Below, piece after piece: positions 20,873-31,181 of a stretch of 64,000 bases of DNA. Origin of the DNA: Candidatus Delongbacteria bacterium (GTDB lineage: Bacteria > CAIWAD01); contig OY760505.1 of the NCBI GenBank assembly GCA_963663545.1, forward strand, positions 3,488,001 to 3,552,000, read 5' to 3'. The position numbers and the translations under genes are program-made. How positions within the stretch are numbered: the first letter of the stretch is position 1; every line of letters starts with the position of its first letter. The notes under the pieces are model-generated. The model was given only the letters and a program-made list of their open reading frames with translations. It was not told the origin of the DNA and ran no database searches.

Positions 20873-23152
20873 ATGAACTTGCTGAAATCGCTGTGTCTCG
20901 TCTTGTTGCTAGCCTTGACCGCTTCTGCCGATGACTCCTGGATGCTGTTCCAGGAGGGCGATGTGGCCGAAATTCATCTCAGTCTTCCGGAGGACGCGCT
21001 GGACTGGATGTTCGCACACACAAGCCTTGATAGTCTGCACTTGGGCAGCATGAGCTACCACAGTGCGCTTATCGACACTGTGATCCAAAATGTCGGTGTG
21101 CGCCTGCGCGGCAACACCAGCCGTGACGCAGACAAGAAATCCTTCAAGATCAGCTTCAACGACTATGAGGCAGGTCGTGAGTTTTTTGATGTGGACAAGC
21201 TCAACTTGAACGGTGAGCACAACGATCCCACCGTATCACGCGCCTGGCTCAATTGGCGTTTGTGGCAACAGACTGACGTTCCTGCCAGTCGTGCCGCGCA
21301 CGTGGCGCTGTGGATCAACGACCTCTACATGGGTGTTTACGCCAACATTGAACACGTCGACGACGAGTTCCTCTGGAAACACTTTGACGACGACAGTGGC
21401 AATCTGTGGAAGTGCTTATGGCCAGCGGACCTCACCTACCAGGGGCCTGACGGTGACGATTACAAGTATTCCAGTGGTGGACATCGCACCTACGATCTGA
21501 AGACCAACGAGGATGCCGACGACTACAGCCAGCTGGCTCGACTGATTCGCGTACTGAACCAGACAAGTGTTGGCGCGCTGCCGGATTCGCTCGAGAGCCT
21601 GCTGGACGTTGACGGTGTGCTGAGCTATTTCGCTTTTGATGTGCTGGCCGCTTCCTGGGACGATTACTGGTTCCTCAAAAACAATTTCTATTTGTATCAC
21701 AATCCCAGCGAGGACCGCTTCACGCTGATTCCCTATGATTACGACAACAGCTATGGAATAGACTGGTTCAACATCGACTGGAGCACGCGTCACCCGATGG
21801 AGTGGGGCAGCAGCGAGGACCGGCCGCTGGCGCGCCTTCTGCTGGTTCACGAGTGGCACAACCTCTATCAGCACTTTCTGCTTCTCTACAACGAGCGTCT
21901 GTTCAATCCCGACAACTGGGCCAGCGCAGCCGCTGCCGAGGCGCTGTTGATCCGATCTGATGTGGCCGCTGACAGCTTCTACAGCCTGGACTACGGCTTC
22001 TCGCTCTACGATTTCGACAATGCCTGGGTCATGGACGACTACCAGAATCAGCACGTGAAGTACAGCGTCCGGGAATACGTAGATCGCCGTCGTGGCACAA
22101 TTCCTCAGCAACAGGACTGGATGTCCGACGCGGGGCCTGTGGTCTATGACTGGCAATTGGAGCAGGACGATAGTCTGCGTATCACGGCCGCGGTCTGGTG
22201 TCACGGTGGTCTGGACAGTGTTTATGCCGTGCTGGACGACGCGGAGGGGAGCAGGCAGTTCGCCCTCTCTTACGATCCTGTGGAGGAAACCTTTATCCCT
22301 GCAGAAGCGGATCGCTGGTGTGTCACCTTACCTTTGCCCGAAGGAGCGACCCGTCTGTGTCTGCGCGCGGTCTCGTCCACGGGCGTGTGCCGCTATCCGC
22401 TGAATCATGACATTCAGCTGGAGCAGACGAGTTCCTCGCCACTGCGCCTGAACGAGCTGCTGGCGGATAACGAGAGCGTTAACAGCGATGAGGCTGGCGA
22501 TTTTGACGATTGGCTCGAGTTGACAAATACTTCCGCTCAGACAGTTTCGCTGAACGGCCTGTACTTGACGGATGACGAAGACGAGCCGTTGCAGTGGGCG
22601 CTGCCCTCCGGGCTGAGTTTGCCTGCTGGTGGCCTGCTGCTGATCTGGTGTGATGACGAAAACCAGGGTGAGTTGCACGCCAATTTCCGCCTGAGTGCGG
22701 GAGGAGAGTTTCTGGGACTGGCCGATGCGGAGGGTTGGATCGATAGCGTAGAGTTTGGTGAGCAGGACGAAGACATTGCCTGGGGGCGCCTTCCCGATGG
22801 CATCGGCGATTGGCAGTTTGTGTCACCTACTCCGGGCGAGGAGAATGAGGCGCTGGCCGTTAACGCAGCCGAACCCACCGCTTTCAGTCTGCAGGCGCGA
22901 CCCAATCCTTTCAACGGAAGTCTTCTGCTGCATTTTGAGCTACCTGTAGCCGGTGATACACAGCTTCGCATTGTGGATCTGCTGGGCCGGGAAATACTCA
23001 CCAGGACTCTGGGCCACTTGTCTGCTGGCTCTCACGATTGGAGCTGGCAAGGAGAGAACCAGGATGGCCATCAAGTAGCCAGTGGCTGTTATTTCGTGGT
23101 ACTGAAATCAGGAGCTGTGACACAGTTGCGCGCTGTTACGCTTGTTCGATAA
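20873..23152 (+). CDS. Secreted CotH kinase with lamin-tail domain and FlgD/T9SS-like C-terminal domain
   Basis: Signal peptide; LRGNTSR, KKSFKI, NNFYLY, PYDYDNSYG; LNELLADN..DWLEL; PNPFN..SGCYF. Confidence 0.88.
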   Translation: MNLLKSLCLVLLLALTASADDSWMLFQEGDVAEIHLSLPEDALDWMFAHTSLDSLHLGSMSYHSALIDTVIQNVGVRLRGNTSRDADKKSFKISFNDYEAGREFFDVDKLNLNGEHNDPTVSRAWLNWRLWQQTDVPASRAAHVALWINDLYMGVYANIEHVDDEFLWKHFDDDSGNLWKCLWPADLTYQGPDGDDYKYSSGGHRTYDLKTNEDADDYSQLARLIRVLNQTSVGALPDSLESLLDVDGVLSYFAFDVLAASWDDYWFLKNNFYLYHNPSEDRFTLIPYDYDNSYGIDWFNIDWSTRHPMEWGSSEDRPLARLLLVHEWHNLYQHFLLLYNERLFNPDNWASAAAAEALLIRSDVAADSFYSLDYGFSLYDFDNAWVMDDYQNQHVKYSVREYVDRRRGTIPQQQDWMSDAGPVVYDWQLEQDDSLRITAAVWCHGGLDSVYAVLDDAEGSRQFALSYDPVEETFIPAEADRWCVTLPLPEGATRLCLRAVSSTGVCRYPLNHDIQLEQTSSSPLRLNELLADNESVNSDEAGDFDDWLELTNTSAQTVSLNGLYLTDDEDEPLQWALPSGLSLPAGGLLLIWCDDENQGELHANFRLSAGGEFLGLADAEGWIDSVEFGEQDEDIAWGRLPDGIGDWQFVSPTPGEENEALAVNAAEPTAFSLQARPNPFNGSLLLHFELPVAGDTQLRIVDLLGREILTRTLGHLSAGSHDWSWQGENQDGHQVASGCYFVVLKSGAVTQLRAVTLVR

Positions 23153-23170
23153 GCGTGATACGCCGATGGG

Positions 23171-24058
23171 TCAAGGTGTCGCCGAGTGACGAAGATCCTC
23201 AGGTTGTTCTTCCATGGCGGGCCCGAGGACGGCTTCGCGGATCTGCTTGAACTCGTGATCCACTTCGATGAGGATTTTACCCAGTTTGCCGCCTTCGAGA
23301 TAAGCGTGTCCGGCTGAGCGATCCTCGTTCTCTTCCGTGGTGTATCCGGCCTTGTGTGCCAGCAGATCGCCGTAGTGCACGGCGCTGCACAGTCGTACCA
23401 TTTCCTCTGGTGCCTCGTCAGGGGAGTGGTGATAGCGAATTGGCAGACAGAGCTCCGGAGGCAGGCTCCAGTGACAGGCCAACCAATAGCCCAGCGTAGC
23501 GTGATCCATTCCAGCCGATTTGCATTCGCACTCCATCAGTGCCTGTCGCTTCAATGCTGCCAGACGAATGGAAGGGCGACCAGGCTGATTCAGTAGTTGA
23601 CTGATCACCACTTTGCCCAGATCGTGTAGCAAGCCAGCGGTAAAGGCCAGCTCGGGACTCGCACCGCCTGCCATCTGCTTGGCAATAGCCTTGGCTGCCA
23701 GACCGGTGAAAAGGCTGTGTTCCCAAAGTTTCCCCTCGGTGCTGCTGTAGGCGCTCAGCGCTGTGTTGAACACTCCCGGAGCGCAGGCTTGCATGGCAAT
23801 GCCCACAACCATGTTTGAGCCCAGTGCAATCACCGCACGACTCAGGCTGGTGACGCTGCGTCCTACCGAGTGGGCGGCCATATTCGCCACCTTAAGCACA
23901 CGCATTGTGAGAAATGCGTCGCTGTGTATCACCTGAACCAGTTCGCGCAGATCATTCGCGTCGTCGGCGCTCAGCATCAACAGGTGCGTCGCCACCGGTG
24001 AAAGCGTGGGCATGCGTCGAATGCGGTTGACGATCTGACTGATGTCCTTGAGATCCAT
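23171..24058 (-). CDS. HDOD domain protein
   Basis: MPTLSPV, VLKVAN, WEHS, AGLLHDLGK, WSLP..IRYHH. Confidence 0.88.
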   Translation of the reverse strand: MDLKDISQIVNRIRRMPTLSPVATHLLMLSADDANDLRELVQVIHSDAFLTMRVLKVANMAAHSVGRSVTSLSRAVIALGSNMVVGIAMQACAPGVFNTALSAYSSTEGKLWEHSLFTGLAAKAIAKQMAGGASPELAFTAGLLHDLGKVVISQLLNQPGRPSIRLAALKRQALMECECKSAGMDHATLGYWLACHWSLPPELCLPIRYHHSPDEAPEEMVRLCSAVHYGDLLAHKAGYTTEENEDRSAGHAYLEGGKLGKILIEVDHEFKQIREAVLGPAMEEQPEDLRHSATP

Positions 24059-24147
24059 GCTGTGAACCGCCCCTTTCATTCCATACAGCAAGTGTATCGG
24101 GATTACGAGCCCCGGACTTCATCGACAAAAATGAGCCCTGTTCAATT

Positions 24148-24164
24148 TGTGCAGGATCTGCACA
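24148..24164. promoter_or_regulatory. Palindromic candidate enhancer-binding-protein site
   Basis: TGTGCAggatcTGCACA; similar site at 31092. Confidence 0.45.
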
Positions 24165-24303
24165 GAGGATTCATCGTGCCGTGTTACAGATTGCTTCCCT
24201 AGAATTGTGCATTCCAGTTCAAAATACAGAATATGAAAGATAACGAGGCAACAAGTACGGAGAAGCGAATACTAGAGTGGTGAAAATCGTTTCTGTAGTC
24301 CAT

Positions 24304-24318
24304 GGGCACACGCTTTGC
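24304..24318 (+). promoter_or_regulatory. Candidate sigma54 promoter
   Basis: GGGCAC-N5-TTGC about 40 bp upstream of ATG 24360. Confidence 0.5.
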
Positions 24319-24359
24319 TGATGTCGCCTCCTTTGGTGTCTTACAAAAGGGAGAGAACC

Positions 24360-24800
24360 ATGCGTTGTACACTAGTTGGCATAAGCTTGGCTTTGACGCT
24401 GGCATTCGCAGCTGGCGCCGTCGAGCTGGTCGGCCCGCCTGCGCCTGATGAAATGACGCTGCAGACGGGTATTCCAGCCATTGTGGCCTTGCACGCCGAA
24501 ACTGCAACCAGCATCGATCTGCTGCTGGCGGGACGTGAGATGAATGATGAGCTGCAGCAGCAGGTACAGGAGCTGAAGTTTCAGGAGGAACTGAAGCGCC
24601 TGAGAATCCTCGCCGACCACTGCCGCACGCAGGGCAATGAGCCGGAAGCACTACTGGCCGAACAGGAGCTTGAGCGACTGCAGAATCCGCAGCCGATTAA
24701 GCATCAGCCTGTATCACGCGAGGAAGTGGGGATCATTGCGCGAACGACAAGTGCGCCTGTAGCCGTAGCTGCCCCCAGCAGTGAGGAGGTGACACAATGA
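24360..24800 (+). CDS. Small secreted helical protein
   Basis: RBS ggag, signal peptide, coiled-coil; stop overlaps start of the M43 gene. Confidence 0.65.
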   Translation: MRCTLVGISLALTLAFAAGAVELVGPPAPDEMTLQTGIPAIVALHAETATSIDLLLAGREMNDELQQQVQELKFQEELKRLRILADHCRTQGNEPEALLAEQELERLQNPQPIKHQPVSREEVGIIARTTSAPVAVAAPSSEEVTQ

Positions 24801-27800
24801 AACAGCTCTTACTGCTTTTCCTGGCCCTCAGCATGACGCTGCGTCTGGCGGCGCAGGAGGATCCCAATGAGCTTTCCGCCGAGGATGCGGCTATTGTTTA
24901 TGCACGCCAGCAGGCGGGGCTTTTTGAGGAACCGGCCGATCGCACCTACGCGCTTTACAGTGTCGGTTTAGCCTTTCATGTAGTACGCACGACATCGGGC
25001 ACCGGTGGCATTTCCCAGGATCAGCTTGATCAGGCCATGCTCGATCTGGCCGATGCCTGGGCGGGCAGCAACATCTGCTTCTACCTGGCGGAACAGGACA
25101 CGATCAACAACACGACCTATTACTACATCGATAGCGAGGCCGAAGGCAACGCTCTGCGCGGCATCAACAGCAACGCCAGTTTGCTGGATTGCTACTTTGT
25201 CGCCGATGTAATGGGCTACTGCGGCATGAGCACGTTCAGCTGGTACACGGATCAGGGCATCCTGTACACCAACAGTTGTGTTGGCGTATCCAGCAATCCT
25301 TCCACCTTCCCGCACGAGATCGGGCACTATTTCGATCTCTTCCACACGCACGAGACGGCTGTCGGCACCGAGTGCCCCGATGGATCCAATTGTGACACGG
25401 CCGGTGACCTGGTGTGTGATACACCGGCGGATCCGGGGCTTGGTGACGGCAATGTTAACTCGAGCTGCGTTTACACGGGGTCTTCAACGATTTACTGCAA
25501 TGGTTCCACGCGCAGTTACAATCCTGATCCCACAAACATGATGAGCTATTCGCGCAAGACCTGTCGCACAAATTTCACGGCCGGACAGTTCACGCGCGCC
25601 CGTGCCACTTTGTATTACGAGCGTCTGGGCGAAGACTGCTTTTACGCCTGTGACTATGAGCAGACGGCGGCCACCGGCTGGGACAACACCATCGTTCCGC
25701 GTAATACAACGGGTGCCACTTCTGCCAGCACACATGTGACGAGCACCTTACCGGGAAACAGCGCTGGTACCTACTTGAATGCGACCGTGCTTAACGATTC
25801 ACCGGGTCCTGCACCCTGGGCACCCAATCGCATCTATCTGGATAATGGCTACATCTGGGGCTTCTCATATGGCACCATTCCCGCCAACACTACCCGCTAC
25901 TACAACAATTTTGGCTCGCCCTTTACCATGCGCGGCGGTCGCCATGCCTTATCCTACTATCTGGATTACGGTGACACACGTTGTGAGCTAAGCGAGAACA
26001 ACAACCTGACCAATGTGCAGTATGTCTGGTCACCCATGGATCTGCCCAATGAGTCGCGTATCACGCGCAGTCTGCCGCCGGAACGTATGTACTCAACGTT
26101 CACGTATGACAACTGCGACGGCTTCACCTTTAATGTCAATACCGGCTATTGGCATGTGGCCCTCGTGGCACCCATGAGCGGGGCTGGCGACTATGATGCG
26201 ATGCTGCATAACGATTACACCGGCTCAACCGCTGGTTTTGGTGCAACGTTGTCCTCTTCCACGTACGGCGGCGTAGCCACCGACTGGGTCATCGTCAACC
26301 GCAATATGACGGGAACCGGCACTTACCAGTTGGGGGCCCAGCGTTACAACGGTACCAGCGGCAACATGCTGGTGGCCCACGAGGCTTCCACAACCGTCTA
26401 CAGTGTGGATGAGGAGACCGTACTGGAGAATACTCTGGTCAACAACCAGATGCTGTCGATCCACGAGTTTACAGTGGGTACCGGTGATACAAGCTATAGC
26501 TGGGATGTGTTTTTGAACTGCGAAAACTCCAGCGAACTGGGCATCCTGCTGTACGATAGGACGCTGGATTACGGTCAGCGCAGTAGTTCCGTTGCCAGTG
26601 GATCCTATGTGTCGGGTACTCAACGCAAACTTCGCTACCACTTCCATGAGGCCGGCTACTATGCGATGGTCGTGTACAAGGCATCGCCCGATTACATGGC
26701 CGATGAACTCGACTACGACATCCAGATGGACTACCTGCAGCCCGGTCTGGAGATTGACCGTAGCGGTGCCATCAACATTGCCATCATTCAGGACGTGGCC
26801 CCGTGGGGAAGCCATGCCTGGGAGGATGAGCTGGACGCGCGCGGTCTGAGCTACGACATCCTGCCCAGCACCGCCTTCCAGACCTTCGGCTACTGGGACT
26901 ACGACCTGGTCATTACCCCGGCAGCGGCTTTCAACCTAAGCTACCGCGATCGCATGTTTGCCGCTCAGGCCTATCTGGATGAGTATGTGGATCTCGGCGG
27001 TGTGCTGGTGATGAACGCCTGCACCCAAGGCGGCACGGCCACGCTGATAGACGGTATCACAATGACGTACGCGGCACGTGATACAATCATCCACTCTGTC
27101 AGTCATCCCGTCAACTGGAAGCTGCCCAGTTACACGCTGGGAAATCACGCTGCTCACATCGAGTTTGCCACGGTTCCTTCGACATGGACCGAAGTCGTGA
27201 GCAATTACCCGGACTACGAACCGGTACTGCTGGTGAACGAGGACCGTGGTGCGCTGATCATGGGCTGTCCGGTGGAGTACAACTACCTCTACAACTACAG
27301 CTCTGGCGCGCTGGTAGGGAACATCATCGACTGGGCACTGGACCGCGCAGCACGTACGATACGTGTGCAGTTGCAGGCAAACACTGGCACTCATACACGT
27401 ACTGCCACCTACTGCAACACAGGTGAGACCTCGCTGAGCTACATCAATCAGGAAAGCTACAGTTGGCTTAACAAGAGTCCTTACAACGGCATCATTCCCG
27501 CTCTGAGTTGTATCACGCAGAGTGCATACTTCCTGACCACCGGACAGGTCGAGGGGCTCTATTCGGGTACAATGGAGGCCGATTTCGCAGAAGCCGACGA
27601 GTTCGACCGGTTGCATCTAGTGCTGGATTTGCGTGGCGTCAAGCCGTTGCCGCCGATGAATCTGAGTATCACGCCAGTTCTGTTTGATGCAACACATGCA
27701 CAGGTCTATGTGGAGTGGGACCCCGTGACAACGGACATCTACGGTGATCCCGTCAGCATCGAAGGTTACGTCCTGTATTACGCCGATCACCCTTACGCTG

Positions 27801-28009
27801 AGACTTGGAACTGGGGTGTCAGTTATTCAAGTACTACAACCCATGGCAACCTTTACTTCCAGAATGTGGGACTGCTGGATCAGGCTTACATGTACGTGGT
27901 TGCCTACGATACTGACGGTATGGTTGTTGCCAGTTCGAATCCTGACACACCGCGACAGATCAATGTTGAAGACCTGCAACACGAGTCGATTCTGGGCAGA
28001 AGCGAATAG
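24797..28009 (+). CDS. Secreted M43 (pappalysin/ulilysin-like) zinc metalloprotease, multidomain
   Basis: Signal peptide; HEIGHYFDLFHTH; GDLVCDTP; NMMSY Met-turn; FTAGQ; CARDB-like ELSENNN. Confidence 0.9.
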   Translation: MKQLLLLFLALSMTLRLAAQEDPNELSAEDAAIVYARQQAGLFEEPADRTYALYSVGLAFHVVRTTSGTGGISQDQLDQAMLDLADAWAGSNICFYLAEQDTINNTTYYYIDSEAEGNALRGINSNASLLDCYFVADVMGYCGMSTFSWYTDQGILYTNSCVGVSSNPSTFPHEIGHYFDLFHTHETAVGTECPDGSNCDTAGDLVCDTPADPGLGDGNVNSSCVYTGSSTIYCNGSTRSYNPDPTNMMSYSRKTCRTNFTAGQFTRARATLYYERLGEDCFYACDYEQTAATGWDNTIVPRNTTGATSASTHVTSTLPGNSAGTYLNATVLNDSPGPAPWAPNRIYLDNGYIWGFSYGTIPANTTRYYNNFGSPFTMRGGRHALSYYLDYGDTRCELSENNNLTNVQYVWSPMDLPNESRITRSLPPERMYSTFTYDNCDGFTFNVNTGYWHVALVAPMSGAGDYDAMLHNDYTGSTAGFGATLSSSTYGGVATDWVIVNRNMTGTGTYQLGAQRYNGTSGNMLVAHEASTTVYSVDEETVLENTLVNNQMLSIHEFTVGTGDTSYSWDVFLNCENSSELGILLYDRTLDYGQRSSSVASGSYVSGTQRKLRYHFHEAGYYAMVVYKASPDYMADELDYDIQMDYLQPGLEIDRSGAINIAIIQDVAPWGSHAWEDELDARGLSYDILPSTAFQTFGYWDYDLVITPAAAFNLSYRDRMFAAQAYLDEYVDLGGVLVMNACTQGGTATLIDGITMTYAARDTIIHSVSHPVNWKLPSYTLGNHAAHIEFATVPSTWTEVVSNYPDYEPVLLVNEDRGALIMGCPVEYNYLYNYSSGALVGNIIDWALDRAARTIRVQLQANTGTHTRTATYCNTGETSLSYINQESYSWLNKSPYNGIIPALSCITQSAYFLTTGQVEGLYSGTMEADFAEADEFDRLHLVLDLRGVKPLPPMNLSITPVLFDATHAQVYVEWDPVTTDIYGDPVSIEGYVLYYADHPYAETWNWGVSYSSTTTHGNLYFQNVGLLDQAYMYVVAYDTDGMVVASSNPDTPRQINVEDLQHESILGRSE

Positions 28010-28027
28010 CAAAACGAGCTACTAGCG

Positions 28028-28052
28028 AGGGGCGCAGCGATGCGCCCCTTTT
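28028..28052 (+). terminator. Rho-independent terminator
   Basis: aggggcgca-gcga-tgcgcccctttt. Confidence 0.75.
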
Positions 28053-28110
28053 CGTGTAGGCAGTTCGGGAGCTACGACGTGGCACCAGATCCAAGTGCTA
28101 CATTGGCCCC

Positions 28111-28890
28111 ATGCAAAAAAGACACCCCCATAACAGACGCCCGCGTGAAACCGTCAATGAGCGTCTGATCAGTGGACGGAATCCCGTCCTGGAAGCACTG
28201 CGCAGTGCCATGTCCATCAAGCGCATCTGGATGCGAACCGAAGCGCGCGGTCAGGTAATGCAGCAGATCAAACAGCTGGCACGGCGTCGCAATATCCACT
28301 TTGAAGAGGTGGACAATGCCGTCCTGGACCGCTTGTTGAAACACACGGACCATCGCGGCGTGGCCATGGAGCTGGAAGAGCGGCCTGCGCAGTCCCTCGC
28401 GGACTTTCTGCGCGACCACAAGAGTCCTAAAGAACTGCTGCTGCTGGCACTGGATGGAATCCAGGATCCGCAGAATCTGGGTGCCATTCTACGCAGCGCA
28501 GATATTTGCGGTGTTGATGCACTTTTAATGCAGGCGACGGCCAGCGCGCCCTTGGGAGAAGTGGCCTGGCGAGCCAGTGCGGGTGCTGCAGCCTGGGTAC
28601 CCGTGATACAAGTTGAGGAGTTGGCTGAAAGCCTGGCCTTTCTACGCTCGCAAGGCGTGACCACCGCGGGCCTGGATGAGGATCGTGGTGATACACCGGA
28701 AAGCGGACATGTATCACGACCACTGGCGCTTGTGCTTGGTGGAGAAGGGCGTGGTTTGGCAGATCGGGTTCAAAGCGAGCTCGATCATTATCTGAGATTG
28801 CCCATGCGTGGGCACGTGGGTAGTTTCAATGCTTCGGTCGCAGCCGGAATTGTGATGTATCACTTTGCGCGCCGGCAGGAGACGAAATGA
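28111..28890 (+). CDS. rlmB: 23S rRNA 2'-O-methyltransferase (TrmH/SpoU family)
   Basis: GRNPVLEAL, DPQNLGAILRSA, GGEGRG, SFNASVA. Confidence 0.9.
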   Translation: MQKRHPHNRRPRETVNERLISGRNPVLEALRSAMSIKRIWMRTEARGQVMQQIKQLARRRNIHFEEVDNAVLDRLLKHTDHRGVAMELEERPAQSLADFLRDHKSPKELLLLALDGIQDPQNLGAILRSADICGVDALLMQATASAPLGEVAWRASAGAAAWVPVIQVEELAESLAFLRSQGVTTAGLDEDRGDTPESGHVSRPLALVLGGEGRGLADRVQSELDHYLRLPMRGHVGSFNASVAAGIVMYHFARRQETK

Positions 28891-29729
28891 GCTCCAATCC
28901 TCTTGCAAGTCGTCTAAGCGAGCAGCAGAATGCAGTGGCCGAGCGAGCCGGTGCGCAAATGGCACAGCTAGTACGAGTGCTGATGATCCTGCGCGGAGAG
29001 AATGGCTGCCCCTGGGACCGCGAGCAAACAGCACTTAGTTTGCGTCCTTACCTGCTGGAAGAGTGTCACGAAGTCCTTGAGGCGATAGAGGATCAGAATG
29101 GCCGCGATCTGCGCGAAGAGTTGGGCGATCTTCTGATGCACCTGGCTTTTCAGGCGCAAATTGCCTTCGAAGAGCAAAGCTTCGAGCTTGCTGACAGTCT
29201 AAGCGATATCGTCAACAAGCTTGTGTCACGCCATCCCCACGTCTTTGCCCAAGCCCAGGTCGAGGATGCCCGCGAAGTAGAGCAGCAGTGGGAGCGCATC
29301 AAGACCACGGAGAAGAAGCATCGCGATTCCATTTTGGACGGTCTGCCACGAGCCATGCCAGCCTTGTTGCTGGCGCAGCGTATTCAGGAGAAGGTGGCCG
29401 GAGTCGGTTTTGAGTGGCCCGAGGTAGATGGCGCCATCGAGAAGTTGCATGAGGAGCTCGCTGAACTGGCGGAAGCCCTCAAGCAAAGCGAGCGCAGGCG
29501 CGAGGACGAATTCGGCGATTTTCTTTTCTCTGTGGTGAATGTAGCACGCTACCTAGGAGTGCATCCTGAGGAGGCACTGCGCAGTACAAATGCGAAGTTT
29601 GTATCACGGTTTCGCCTGATGGAGAAACTGCTACGAGAGGCGGGATACCGATTGGCCGAATGTGATTTGGAGACGATGGACAGATTCTGGGAGCAAGCGA
29701 AGGGAATCCTACGAAAGCAGGCTATGTGA
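28887..29729 (+). CDS. mazG: Nucleoside triphosphate pyrophosphohydrolase MazG
   Basis: GCPWDREQT, EELGDLL, RHPHVF, second EFGD repeat. Confidence 0.95.
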   Translation: MSSNPLASRLSEQQNAVAERAGAQMAQLVRVLMILRGENGCPWDREQTALSLRPYLLEECHEVLEAIEDQNGRDLREELGDLLMHLAFQAQIAFEEQSFELADSLSDIVNKLVSRHPHVFAQAQVEDAREVEQQWERIKTTEKKHRDSILDGLPRAMPALLLAQRIQEKVAGVGFEWPEVDGAIEKLHEELAELAEALKQSERRREDEFGDFLFSVVNVARYLGVHPEEALRSTNAKFVSRFRLMEKLLREAGYRLAECDLETMDRFWEQAKGILRKQAM

Positions 29730-29855
29730 TACAACAGAGTTCTCTTGCGCGACTGCTAATTCAGCTTGCCTGAGCCGACGACGCTTCTTATGCTGAGAAA
29801 CGCTGGCACACAGCTCGGGAAGACTGTTCGGCGTTGGAAACGGGAGGAAGAGGAC

Positions 29856-30083
29856 GTGTATTCCTACAAGGTGATCCAAGACTGCAGCTCCATGGATGGT
29901 CGCTTCCATCTGGATGCCGGTGAAATTGTAACCGGAAACGGCAATTTCGTTGGCAAGGTGGGAGTCCTGAAAGACGGTATCTGGGATCTCGTTGAGCGTG
30001 ACGCCTTGCAGCGTATCCGCTCCGGAGTCGACAGGCGCCAGGGCATGCCGGACCGCCGTGCCGGGGACGATCGTAGGTCCTGA
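29856..30083 (+). CDS. Small hypothetical protein with DRR-repeat tail
   Basis: Purine-rich RBS-like sequence before GTG 29856; ends DRRQGMPDRRAGDDRRS. Confidence 0.5.
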   Translation: MYSYKVIQDCSSMDGRFHLDAGEIVTGNGNFVGKVGVLKDGIWDLVERDALQRIRSGVDRRQGMPDRRAGDDRRS

Positions 30084-30267
30084 GAGCCGCCAGAACTGCT
30101 TGATCGCTTGGCCTCCGCAGGGTAAATGCCCGGAGGCTACTGATAGGGCGGTTCTCCATGGATCACATGTCTAAGCTTTTTAACTTTTTCCTTGACATCG
30201 ACGTGTAAGCAAATGCAACTTGTTCGCAACCTGAAGACTGCTTGTCACAACACATTCGGAGGAACTC

Positions 30268-30552
30268 ATGGCCAAGGCGAAAGGCCCCTTTAACAAAGGC
30301 GACATGATCGAGTTTGTGGCCGCCAAGACCGAGCTGCCCAAGACCAAGGCAAAGGATGCCGTGGAGGCCGTGCTCGAGGCAATCAAGAAGAACGTTAAGA
30401 ACGACGTGCGCCTTGTTGGCTTTGGGACCTTCACGATCCAGAAGCGCAAACCGCGTAAGGGCTACAATCCCCGTACCGGTGAGCAGATCAAGATCAAAGC
30501 CTCCAAGACGGTCAAGTTCCGTCCCGGCCAGGCTTTCAAAGAGACGCTCTAG
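30268..30552 (+). CDS. hup: HU family DNA-binding protein
   Basis: NKGDMI, LVGFGTF, RKGYNPRTGE, FRPG. Confidence 0.95.
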   Translation: MAKAKGPFNKGDMIEFVAAKTELPKTKAKDAVEAVLEAIKKNVKNDVRLVGFGTFTIQKRKPRKGYNPRTGEQIKIKASKTVKFRPGQAFKETL

Positions 30553-30574
30553 GCACCTCTTCTGGCTTGAAGAC

Positions 30575-30604
30575 GAAAACGGGGACTTCGGTCCCCGTTT
30601 CTTG
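30575..30604 (+). terminator. Rho-independent terminator
   Basis: aaacggggac-ttcg-gtccccgttt. Confidence 0.8.
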
Positions 30605-30629
30605 TTAGGTGGGCAAAAACGCGCATGCC

Positions 30630-30658
30630 TTGACATTGAATTCATTCGATGCTAAAAT
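30630..30658 (+). promoter_or_regulatory. sigma70 promoter of tRNA operon
   Basis: TTGACA-17 bp-TAAAAT with extended TG. Confidence 0.8.
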
Positions 30659-30680
30659 GGTCGTCTGTTCGTTGACGCAG

Positions 30681-30754
30681 CGGGGCGTTGCGCAGCCCGG
30701 TAGCGCGCCTGCTTTGGGAGCAGGAGGTCGCTGGTTCGAATCCAGTCGCCCCGA
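30681..30754 (+). tRNA. tRNA-Pro(TGG)
   Basis: Cloverleaf, cctgc-tTGGga anticodon arm, GGTTCGAATCC. Confidence 0.95.
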
Positions 30755-30778
30755 TTGGTGGGACACCTGGTAATCGCT

Positions 30779-30851
30779 GCGCTCGTAGCTCAATGGATAG
30801 AGCACCGGCCTTCTAAGCCGACGGTTGCAGGTTCGAGTCCTGCCGGGCGCG
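30779..30851 (+). tRNA. tRNA-Arg(TCT)
   Basis: cggc-ctTCTaa-gccg anticodon arm, GGTTCGAGTCC. Confidence 0.95.
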
Positions 30852-30867
30852 ATGGTCCGATTGTCAT

Positions 30868-30942
30868 GGTGGATGTAGCTCAGTCGGTTAGAGCGCCTGG
30901 TTGTGGCCCAGGAGGTCGTGGGTTCAAGTCCCATCTTCCACC
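30868..30942 (+). tRNA. tRNA-His(GTG)
   Basis: G-1 present, ttGTGgc loop, GGTTCAAGTCC. Confidence 0.95.
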
Positions 30943-30955
30943 CTTTTCTTTTAAA

Positions 30956-31027
30956 GGCCCCATCGTCTAGTGGTTAGGACCACGGCCTTTCGAGCCGTAT
31001 ACGGGGGTTCGAATCCCCCTGGGGTCA
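30956..31027 (+). tRNA. tRNA-Glu(TTC)
   Basis: ggccccatcgtctagtgg start, ctTTCga loop, GGTTCGAATCC. Confidence 0.95.
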
Positions 31028-31029
31028 TG

Positions 31030-31064
31030 GCGCTGCAGTTGGAGAAACTGCAGCGCTTTTTTTT
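31030..31064 (+). terminator. tRNA operon terminator
   Basis: gcgctgcagtt..aactgcagcgc followed by a T run. Confidence 0.85.
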
Positions 31065-31181
31065 GCACTTGCTGTTCAGATTCGGGCAGAGTGTGCAAGA
31101 TCTGGCACACATATCTCTTCTGGTTCTCTCCTCGTCTAGCTAATTAGCTGTAATTACAAACATTAGTCGTTATGCAAAAAC

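Noticed and set aside
30605..30970. ORFs over the tRNA cluster
   Set aside because: Translations of tRNA genes
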